From NCBI GenBank assembly GCA_903892675.1, contig CAITJJ010000128.1:1785-65784 (forward strand): a stretch of 64,000 nt of DNA, in the 5' to 3' direction. Within the stretch, counting starts at the first letter, position 1, and each line of letters opens with the position of its first letter. A program made the position numbers and the translations under genes. This DNA comes from an uncultured Hyphomicrobiales bacterium (GTDB taxonomy: Bacteria > Pseudomonadota > Alphaproteobacteria > Rhizobiales > Xanthobacteraceae). This document shows, one piece after another, positions 56,629 to 64,000 of this stretch. A model generated the notes under the pieces. The model saw only the letters and a program-made list of their open reading frames with translations. It had not been told where the DNA came from and did no database searches.

Positions 56629-56919
56629 TTACGAGACGGACTCGGCGCCGGCTTCCTCATCCGCTTCGTCGACCTTCGCGGCTTTCGCGGTCTTTTTCTT
56701 GGCGGTCTTCTTTTTCGCGGCCGGGGGCGCCTCGGCGGCCAATTTGGCCTCGGCTTCGTCGCGCGCCAGCCTCAGGGCGCGCAAACGCTCGGTCTTTTCG
56801 CGCATTTGGCGGAGTCCCGCCTCGTACTCGACCATGGCCTTCTGGCCTTCGACCGCCTGCAGCGCCTTTTTCTTTTGGCGCGCTTCGGCACTTTCCGGAG
56901 TGCGGGAATCTGTGGCCAT
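56629..56919 (-). CDS. Small charged hypothetical protein (coiled coil plus Lys/Ala-rich tail)
   Basis: 96 aa with EGQKAMVEYE...REKTERLRALRLAR, a pattern I recall from small rhizobial proteins. GAGGA ribosome-binding site. Confidence 0.7.
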   Translation of the reverse strand: MATDSRTPESAEARQKKKALQAVEGQKAMVEYEAGLRQMREKTERLRALRLARDEAEAKLAAEAPPAAKKKTAKKKTAKAAKVDEADEEAGAESVS

Positions 56920-57070
56920 TATCGAGTTCCTCTGCAAAATCGAACGAAACGCACCTGAAAGATCAATATATCGTAGTGATTGAGGCGGAATCGGCCCAAT
57001 AAACAACGTCACTTCACGACATATGGGGATTGTCTGCCTCTGGCGCTAGATGCAGGCGGTAAAACAGGGG

Positions 57071-60046
57071 CTAATTCCCGCTGGCGCGGGCCTTGAGCGG
57101 CGCAGGCCTCCCCGTCGCAGCGGCATAGGCTTCAATCGGCAGCGGCCGCCCGGTCAAGTAGCCCTGCACGTCGTCGCAACCCTCCCGTTCGAGGAAAAGC
57201 CGCTGGCTTTCGGTTTCGACGCCTTCGGCGAGCACCGGCACGTCGAGACTGTGACCGAGCGTGATGATCGCTCGCACGATCGCCATCGAATGATGGTTCT
57301 GCTCGAGATCGCCGATAAAGCTGCGGTCGATCTTGATCTTGTCGAAGCCGAACGAGTGCAAATAGGACAAGGAGGAATAGCCCTTGCCGAAGTCGTCCAT
57401 GGCGATGCTGACGCCGAGCGATTTCAGCTTGCGCAATATCGCGATCGCGCGCTGGAAGTCGTCGATCAGCACGCCTTCGGTGATTTCCAGCTCCAACCGG
57501 TGCGGGGCCAGACCCGTCTCCAGCAGGACCATGTGAACCTGAGCCGCCAGATCGCCGGCATGAAACTGGACCGGCGAGATGTTGACCGCGACTTTGAGCG
57601 GCGCCGGCCACGAGGCCGCCTCGCGACAAGCCTCGCGCAGGATCCAGTCGCCGAGCGGACCGATCAGCCCGGTCTCCTCGGCGATCGAAATGAAGCTGCC
57701 CGGCGGCACCAGGCCGCGCTTGGGGCATTGCCATCGCACCAGCGATTCAAAGCCGGTGATCTCGCCGGTCGCGACTTTCAGTTGCGGCTGGTAGTGCAGG
57801 AAGAATTCCTCGCGGGCGATGGCGCCTTGCAGATCGGCCTGCAGATCGCGGCGCTCGTGCAATTGCGCGCCCAGTCTGGCGTCGAAAAGGCGCAGCGATC
57901 CGCGCGCTTCCGCCTTGGCCCGGTACAGCGCCGCGTCGGCATTGGCGATCAGGGTGGTGGCGTTGTCGCCGTCGGCCGGGTAGATCGCGCCGCCAATGGT
58001 CAGATCGATCTGAAGTTGCTGACCGTCAATGTCAAACGCGGGTTTGAACGCTGCCAGCAAGCGCTCGCCGAGCGCCAAAGCGCCTTCCGGCTGCGCATTC
58101 TGCGTCAGCACGAGCGTGAACTCGTCGCCGCCGACACGGGCAAGAAACTGGCCGCCGGCCGCCGCGTGAAGCCGCCGCGCGGCATCGCGCAGCAAGCGGT
58201 CGCCGACCAGGTGGCCGTAAATGTCGTTGGCTTCCTTGAAGCGATCCAGGTCGACGCACAGGATGGCAAATGGCTCGCCGCTCGCGGCGGCATTGGCCAG
58301 CGTCGTGTCGAGATATTCGACGAAGGTCGCCCGGTTCGGCAGATCGGTCAGCGAATCGTTATGCGCCAGATAGGCGATGCGCTGCTGCGCCTGGCGGCGC
58401 TCGGTGACGTCATCAAGTACGGTGAGCAGATATTGCGGCTTGCCGTCGACGTTTCTGATGACGGTCTTCTTGCCGGTCACCAGCCGGATGCCCTTGCCGA
58501 CAGTCTGAATCGTGTGTTCGGCAACGTCGATCACGCGGTCCGATTGGATCGCCTCGTTATCGGCGTTGGCGACAAGCGCCGCGCGTTCGGGTGGATAGAT
58601 CTCGGCTGCGGTCTTGCCAACCAGGTCCGTTCGCGAATCGCCGGTCAGCATTTCGTAGGCCCTGTTGAAAAGGTGGAAACGCGCGCCGCGCGTATCGCCT
58701 TCCAGCCCCGCGACGTCACGCACCACGATAGGAACCGGGACATGCTCGATCACCGCGTCGAGAAACTTCTTGGTGCGGCCGAGTTCGTCCGCCGCATGTT
58801 TGGCCTCGGTGATATCGTGCACGACGGTAATACGCGCCTCCTGCCCGTTATAGGTCAGGACCCTGGAATAGACCTCGACGTCGATCGCGGTGCCGTCGGC
58901 TTTGCGATGCTTGCCGACGCGGGCGTCCAGCTGGATATCGGGCAAGGCCTTCAGGTATTCAGCGAATGCCGCCCGCTCTTCCGGCGCGCGCATATCGGGC
59001 ACCGTCATCGCCATGAATTGGTCGCGGCTGTAGCCGTAACGGGCGACGACGGCGTCATTGACCGCCAAGAACTTCAGGCTGTGGCGATCCATCACCCACA
59101 TCGGCATCGGACTGTTCTCGAACAACAGCCGGAACGATTCTTCGCGGCGCTTGGCGTCGGTGACGTCTTCGTGCGTGGATACCCAGCCGCCATCCGGCAT
59201 GGATTGATGGACGACCGCGATGTAGCGGCCGTCAGGCAGACGATTGACGATCTGGTAGTCGTCGCCCTTGCCGACTTTGCTCAGGCGATCCTCGACATAG
59301 GCGTCCAGTTCATCCGGCCCGCATATTTCCCGCGCCCAATATTTCAATATCGAACGCAGCGGCGTGCCCGGCTTGGACAGTTCGTCGGACAGCTTGTACA
59401 GGTCGGCATATTGTCTGTTGCAGACGATCAACCGCTGCTCTTTGTCGAACATGCAGAGACCTTGCGGCATATTCGAAATGGCCGCGTCGAGGTGCATCTT
59501 CTGATCTTCGATGATCCGTTTGGCGGCGACCTGCTCGGTGATATCCTCGTGGGTGGTAATCCAGCCACCGGCCGCCATCGGAGCGACGACAACGTGGCAA
59601 GAGCGACCATCGGGCCCGTCGAGGGTGACGCTTTTGGTCTTGCCAGCGCCGATATCGGCGAGAAGGTCGCGGCGATAGGCGTCGATATCGAGTTTAAATG
59701 TTTGGATGCTCTGACGCGCCTGCAGGATTTCACTGAACGTCCGGCCTGGCTGCATGAAATCGGCGCTCAACCCCGACAGTTCGAGATAGCGCTTGTTCCA
59801 GACCACGGCCCGCTCGGCCGCGTCGAACATGACGATACCCTGCGCCATGCTGTTGAGCGCGATGGCGCGTAGCCGCTCGCCATCGGCGCCAATCGAAGAG
59901 GTGTTGCGGCCGGTCAGCCTGGCGATGAGGAACGCAATGGCGCAGATCGCCAGGAACGACAATCCGGTCGCCGCCATAAGCGCGCCCGGCTGGATCGCGC
60001 CGGTCGTAAGCGCAGCCGCCATATCCCTGAGAAGCGCTTCTCCCAT
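57071..60046 (-). CDS. Membrane-anchored multi-PAS diguanylate cyclase/phosphodiesterase (GGDEF-EAL)
   Basis: N-terminal TM, about four PAS-like repeats (GW..THED.T), D.LT.LPNR, DLDRFK..ND..GH..GD, RVGGDEF, ESLVRW, ELEITE and DDFGKGYSSLSYL. Confidence 0.93.
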   Translation of the reverse strand: MGEALLRDMAAALTTGAIQPGALMAATGLSFLAICAIAFLIARLTGRNTSSIGADGERLRAIALNSMAQGIVMFDAAERAVVWNKRYLELSGLSADFMQPGRTFSEILQARQSIQTFKLDIDAYRRDLLADIGAGKTKSVTLDGPDGRSCHVVVAPMAAGGWITTHEDITEQVAAKRIIEDQKMHLDAAISNMPQGLCMFDKEQRLIVCNRQYADLYKLSDELSKPGTPLRSILKYWAREICGPDELDAYVEDRLSKVGKGDDYQIVNRLPDGRYIAVVHQSMPDGGWVSTHEDVTDAKRREESFRLLFENSPMPMWVMDRHSLKFLAVNDAVVARYGYSRDQFMAMTVPDMRAPEERAAFAEYLKALPDIQLDARVGKHRKADGTAIDVEVYSRVLTYNGQEARITVVHDITEAKHAADELGRTKKFLDAVIEHVPVPIVVRDVAGLEGDTRGARFHLFNRAYEMLTGDSRTDLVGKTAAEIYPPERAALVANADNEAIQSDRVIDVAEHTIQTVGKGIRLVTGKKTVIRNVDGKPQYLLTVLDDVTERRQAQQRIAYLAHNDSLTDLPNRATFVEYLDTTLANAAASGEPFAILCVDLDRFKEANDIYGHLVGDRLLRDAARRLHAAAGGQFLARVGGDEFTLVLTQNAQPEGALALGERLLAAFKPAFDIDGQQLQIDLTIGGAIYPADGDNATTLIANADAALYRAKAEARGSLRLFDARLGAQLHERRDLQADLQGAIAREEFFLHYQPQLKVATGEITGFESLVRWQCPKRGLVPPGSFISIAEETGLIGPLGDWILREACREAASWPAPLKVAVNISPVQFHAGDLAAQVHMVLLETGLAPHRLELEITEGVLIDDFQRAIAILRKLKSLGVSIAMDDFGKGYSSLSYLHSFGFDKIKIDRSFIGDLEQNHHSMAIVRAIITLGHSLDVPVLAEGVETESQRLFLEREGCDDVQGYLTGRPLPIEAYAAATGRPAPLKARASGN

Positions 60047-60265
60047 GCCGACTCCAGTCGACCAGACGCGGAAGGCGCCTGTTTATGTTCCTCCATCGGT
60101 AACGTGCAAAACATAACAATTGCCGAAACGTGACGACGGCGGCGCGGATTCGCGAGGATTACGCTAAGGGATAGTTAAGAAAAACTAGCCAGGCAAAAGC
60201 CACCGGAATTGGCAGGTTTTCTTGCCGAAAATCGAGCGAGCGCCGGCAGGAGCGCGCATTTTCGG

Positions 60266-61864
60266 TCAATCCCCGGCGTTGAGCGCACGACGCAGCCGCC
60301 GGATAATGACGCCTCGGGCGCGATCGTCGGCGGCTGCCTCGATCCGTTCGTTAATGTCGAGCACAAGTTCCGACATGTCATTGTGCCAGTCGAGCGCGAC
60401 CACCGCTTCCGGCGCAAGGCGACGGCGCTGCTTGCCGTCGAGCAATGTGGGCGCCGCGGTCGTCAGCTCATAGATATCGTCGAGGATCGGCCGAAAAACC
60501 TGCGCGGCCGGCACGATACGTTCGCCGATCCGCTCGGCAAGCCCGGCTATGGACGGCTCCTCGCCATGCACCAGGAATACGCCCCGCGCGATGGGCCGGC
60601 GCGACGCGATCCAGCGCGCCAGCTCAGGGCCATCGGCGTGGCCCGAATATTCGTCGAACGAGGCAATCCGCGCCGCCACCTTCACCTCATCGCCCTGGAT
60701 GCGCACCGCCTTGGCGCCTTCCTCGAGAAAGCGCCCGAGCGTGCCCTGCGATTGAAAGCCGGACAACAGAACGCTCGCGTTCTTGTGCCAGAGCCAGCGC
60801 TTGAGGTGATGCCGGATGCGGCCCGCGTCGCACATGCCGCTGCCGGCGATGATGATGTGAAAACCGGTCAACCTCTCGATCGCCTTGCTTTCCGGCACCG
60901 TTTCGGTGAAGCGCAGATGCGGCGACGCCAGCACGCGCGCGACGTCAATGTCGGCATTGAGCGCCGATGCGTGTTGCCGGAACACTTCGGTGGCCCGTAT
61001 GGCCAAAGGCGAATCGAGAAAGATCGGCGCCGCCGGGACATCGCCGCGTTCCATCAGATCGACGAGGTCGACGATCAGCTCCTGCGTGCGTTCGACCGCG
61101 AAGGCCGGAATCAGCAGCGGCCCATCGACGGCGTGCGCGGCGCGCACCTGCTCGGCGAGATGCGCGCGCCGCGTCGCGTTCGCGATCGGTGGACGATCGA
61201 TATGGCCATAGGTCGATTCCGAAACGACATAGTCCAGGCCGGCCGGTGCGTCGGGCAACGGCTGCAACAGTTTGGCGTCGGGACCGACATCGCCCGACAT
61301 CAGCACCCGCAACGGCTGGCCGGATGCGCCCTGCCCGGCGAATTCGATTTCGATCGACGCCGAGCCGAGCAGATGGCCGGCGTTCCAATAGCGGGCACGA
61401 ACGCCCGGCATGACGTCGACCCATTTGTCATAATCGACGGGCTGAAATGCCGTGAGCGAAGCAAGTGCGTCGGCTTGCGTATAGATCGGCATGACCTCGG
61501 GACGGCCGCGCGCCACATTGCGCCGGTTGAGTGCAGCGACCTCCGATTCCTGGATGCTGCCGGCATCGGGCAGCATATAGGAGCACAGATCGATTGTGCC
61601 GCGCGTCGCCAGGATTGACCCATGGAAGCCGTCAGCGATTAATTTCGGCAACAGGCCGCCGTGGTCGATATGCGCGTGCGTCAACAGCACGACGCGGATG
61701 TCGGCCGGATTGAAGGGAAAGGCGCCGTAGTTCAGCGCCTTCAATGTCTTCGACCCCTGGAACATGCCGCAATCGATCAATAGACGGCCGGACGGCGTCT
61801 CGAACAGGTAGCATGAACCGGTTACGGTGCGCGCCGCGCCGCAGAATCGAATGGTCACGCTCAT
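60266..61864 (-). CDS. Beta-CASP metallo-beta-lactamase family ribonuclease
   Basis: GAARTVTGS, IDCG, LTHAHIDH, NAGHLLGS, SGD, ESTYG, IPAFAVERTQE, GSGMCDAGRI and YSGHAD. Confidence 0.9.
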   Translation of the reverse strand: MSVTIRFCGAARTVTGSCYLFETPSGRLLIDCGMFQGSKTLKALNYGAFPFNPADIRVVLLTHAHIDHGGLLPKLIADGFHGSILATRGTIDLCSYMLPDAGSIQESEVAALNRRNVARGRPEVMPIYTQADALASLTAFQPVDYDKWVDVMPGVRARYWNAGHLLGSASIEIEFAGQGASGQPLRVLMSGDVGPDAKLLQPLPDAPAGLDYVVSESTYGHIDRPPIANATRRAHLAEQVRAAHAVDGPLLIPAFAVERTQELIVDLVDLMERGDVPAAPIFLDSPLAIRATEVFRQHASALNADIDVARVLASPHLRFTETVPESKAIERLTGFHIIIAGSGMCDAGRIRHHLKRWLWHKNASVLLSGFQSQGTLGRFLEEGAKAVRIQGDEVKVAARIASFDEYSGHADGPELARWIASRRPIARGVFLVHGEEPSIAGLAERIGERIVPAAQVFRPILDDIYELTTAAPTLLDGKQRRRLAPEAVVALDWHNDMSELVLDINERIEAAADDRARGVIIRRLRRALNAGD

Positions 61865-62781
61865 GACGCCGGTCCTTGTTTGCCCGATTCCGTGAATTCC
61901 CGGCGCAGCGCGTCGGCAAGAAGTGCGTCGAGCTCAATCGCATTGGTCGGATGTGGCACGCAATGGGTCGAACGAACTGACCGAAGCCCGGCTGCCTTGA
62001 AGAGGGCTATCATCTCCGGTGGGAACAATGCATGCGTCACGATGGCATCGACTGACTTCGCGCCGGCGGACAGGAGCGCTTTGGCGCAGGCCAGCACCGT
62101 GCCGCCTGACGAGACGATATCGTCGACAAGCACGACCGGGCGGCCGGCGAATATTCTTGGGTCGGCAAATGTCATCTCGACGGAGCGATCGCCGTGGCGG
62201 ATCTTTCGCGCAATTGCGAAATCGGCGCCGAGACTATCCGCGAGATCGCGCGCCCACGGCTCGGATTCCGCGTCGGGACCGGCGATGATCGTGCCGGCGT
62301 CTATCGTGTCGACCATCAGAAAATCGGCAATGGCCGGCATCGCCGACAGATTTTCCGCCTCAATGCCGGGGAAGACATCCTTGATGTTCCTGGTGCGATG
62401 CAGATGAGCGTCTACGGTAATAACCCGGTCGAACGCCTCAGCGATCAGGCGGCCGACGACTTTCTGACTGATCGCCTCGCCCGCGTGAAAGGCCGTATCC
62501 TGCCTCATGTAGCAAAGGTAAGGCGCCACGAGCACGAGCCGGCTGGCGCCAGTACGCCGCAGGGCCTCGGCCGCGAACAGCAAAGCCAGCAGTTTGTCAT
62601 TGGGCTGATCGAGCGTCGCATAGACGATCGTCGTTGCCGCCGCGGGGCCGATTGTGACCCGCAATTCGCCATCCGGAAAGCAATGAACGTCGATGGCGTG
62701 CGCGGCCAGCCCAAGGCGCGCCGCCAGCCGCGCAGCATCGCGGGCCGACGATGGCAGATACTGAAGGACGGGTACGCTCAC
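61861..62781 (-). CDS. Ribose-phosphate diphosphokinase (Prs)-like protein
   Basis: [32 protein letters not shown] and [16 protein letters not shown]-binding loop. Confidence 0.88.
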   Translation of the reverse strand: MSVPVLQYLPSSARDAARLAARLGLAAHAIDVHCFPDGELRVTIGPAAATTIVYATLDQPNDKLLALLFAAEALRRTGASRLVLVAPYLCYMRQDTAFHAGEAISQKVVGRLIAEAFDRVITVDAHLHRTRNIKDVFPGIEAENLSAMPAIADFLMVDTIDAGTIIAGPDAESEPWARDLADSLGADFAIARKIRHGDRSVEMTFADPRIFAGRPVVLVDDIVSSGGTVLACAKALLSAGAKSVDAIVTHALFPPEMIALFKAAGLRSVRSTHCVPHPTNAIELDALLADALRREFTESGKQGPAS

Positions 62782-64000
62782 AATTCCGGTCCGCCGGCGG
62801 CCGAGCGCAAGCCGATTGCATAACCACTGCTTGTCGCAGCCGAAGCGACCGCGAGATCGAATTGCGAATCGTCGAAGGCGTGGATGCGATAGAGCGGCTC
62901 GCCTTGCACGACGCTGTCGCCTATCTTCTTGAACAGCTTGATGCCCGCCCCCTTATCGATCGGCGCCCCGGCGCTGCGCGCCAGCCGATTGAGGCAGAGG
63001 CAGTCGATGGCTTCGACGACGCCGTCGCGCGGTGCCTTGATATCCGCAGTCAAGGTGCCGAGATCGGTATTGCATCCCGACGGGCCCTGCGCATCGATGA
63101 TCTTGTGCATCTGTTTGAGCGCGGCGCCGCTGTCGAGCAGCTCGCGGGCACGGGCGTAGCCAGTGCCGCCGCGCAATTGCGGGTCGCAATCGATGAGGTG
63201 CGCGGCCAGCCGCAGCGACTTCTCGCGCAGATCCCGCGGCGCATCGGGCTCGTTGCGCAATACCGCCATGACATCCTGGGCCTCCAGCACCGGACCTATG
63301 CCGTTGCCGATGGGCTGGCGGCCATCCGTGGTAATCACTTCGACCGCGATGCCGAAGTGATCGCCGACGAATTCGAACAATTTGCGCAGCCGCATCGCTT
63401 CCATCGCCGTGGCCAGTTTCGCCGACGGCCCGACCGGCAGGTCGATCAAGAGATGGGTGGCGCCGGCCGCTATTTTCTTCGACATGATCGAGGCCACCAT
63501 CTGCTCGCGCGTATCGAGACTAAGCGGCCGTTCGACCGAAATAAGAATATCGTCGGCCGGCGACAGGTTCACATGCCCGCCCCAGACCAGACATCCATTG
63601 CAGGTTTGCACGACCTGCTTCATCTCGTCGACGCCAAGATCGACGCGCGCCAGGACTTCCATGGTGTCGGCGGTGCCGGCCGGCGAGGTGATGGCGCGCG
63701 ACGATGTCTTCGGAATTGTCAGACCGTGCGCGGCAACGATCGGCACCACGATCATCGACGTGCGATTGCCTGGAATACCGCCGATGCAATGCTTGTCGAC
63801 GACGACGTCTCGGTCCCAGGTCAATTGCGTGCCGGCTTGTGCCATGGCGTGCGACAGCGCCAGCAGTTCGTCACTGGTCATGAAGCTCGCCGAACCGACC
63901 AGGAAGGCGGCGATTTCCATGTCGGAATACCGGTAGTGGGTCACGTCGTCGATGATGGCGCCGATCTCAGACGCGGAGAACGAGCGGCCCTGAATCTTGG
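62778..64000 (-). CDS. AMP phosphorylase-type (archaeal-like DeoA) nucleoside monophosphate phosphorylase; 5' end lies beyond the window
   Basis: [56 protein letters not shown] and AGAP.DKGAG. Frame stays open to the window edge. Confidence 0.9.
   Translation of the reverse strand, partial: KIQGRSFSASEIGAIIDDVTHYRYSDMEIAAFLVGSASFMTSDELLALSHAMAQAGTQLTWDRDVVVDKHCIGGIPGNRTSMIVVPIVAAHGLTIPKTSSRAITSPAGTADTMEVLARVDLGVDEMKQVVQTCNGCLVWGGHVNLSPADDILISVERPLSLDTREQMVASIMSKKIAAGATHLLIDLPVGPSAKLATAMEAMRLRKLFEFVGDHFGIAVEVITTDGRQPIGNGIGPVLEAQDVMAVLRNEPDAPRDLREKSLRLAAHLIDCDPQLRGGTGYARARELLDSGAALKQMHKIIDAQGPSGCNTDLGTLTADIKAPRDGVVEAIDCLCLNRLARSAGAPIDKGAGIKLFKKIGDSVVQGEPLYRIHAFDDSQFDLAVASAATSSGYAIGLRSAAGGPEL

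Noticed and set aside
57050-59872. 940-aa plus-strand ORF; similar long ORFs at 41017-43014 (-), 19802-21427 (+), 13532-15055 (+) and 60209-61618 (+)
   Set aside because: They are antisense shadows of well-supported genes, expected at high GC, with no recognisable motifs.
1-64000. rRNA, tRNA, IS elements or integrases
   Set aside because: None recognised. Intergenic gaps are short and show no cloverleaf or transposase signatures by eye; a small ncRNA cannot be excluded without a covariance search.

Overview
A GC-rich, gene-dense chromosomal window from an alphaproteobacterium, most likely Hyphomicrobiales/Rhizobiales (inferred from gene content and repeat families). I saw no rRNA, tRNA, CRISPR array, transposase, integrase or prophage. 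In order: the 3' end of an ispA-like prenyltransferase, DUF1345, an Na+/H+ antiporter, ispG, an EamA transporter and zur. Next are a bdhA-patatin-macrodomain unit, a lactonase-family gene with a beta-hydroxyacid dehydrogenase, and a divergent MarR-EmrAB efflux operon. A minus-strand block (13.6-23.7 kb) follows: an HTH/SAM-methyltransferase-like fusion, a Sphingobium-type MetF, four tandem diverged cobalamin-independent methionine-synthase-like (MetE C-terminal) genes, a MaoC hydratase, an acyl-CoA dehydrogenase and a family III CoA-transferase. After that come pcaIJFHG and a hydroxycinnamate (cou/fcs-like) catabolic island with two Fcs paralogs, beta-oxidation enzymes, MarR, a TRAP transporter, two ThDP enzymes, an ALDH, an amidohydrolase and an FAD monooxygenase. 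The window ends with mutS, two paralogous membrane proteins, a Zn-ADH, glnD, DUF3108, a PAS-GGDEF-EAL protein and a truncated AMP-phosphorylase/Prs-like/beta-CASP nuclease operon. The best candidate for an undescribed system is the HTH-MTase/MetF/4x MetE-like/acyl-CoA block with its TGGGCA-repeat upstream region; the AMP phosphorylase operon is second. All family assignments come from motif recognition and recall, not database searches. Many starts were moved from the ORF track to a more plausible downstream start codon.
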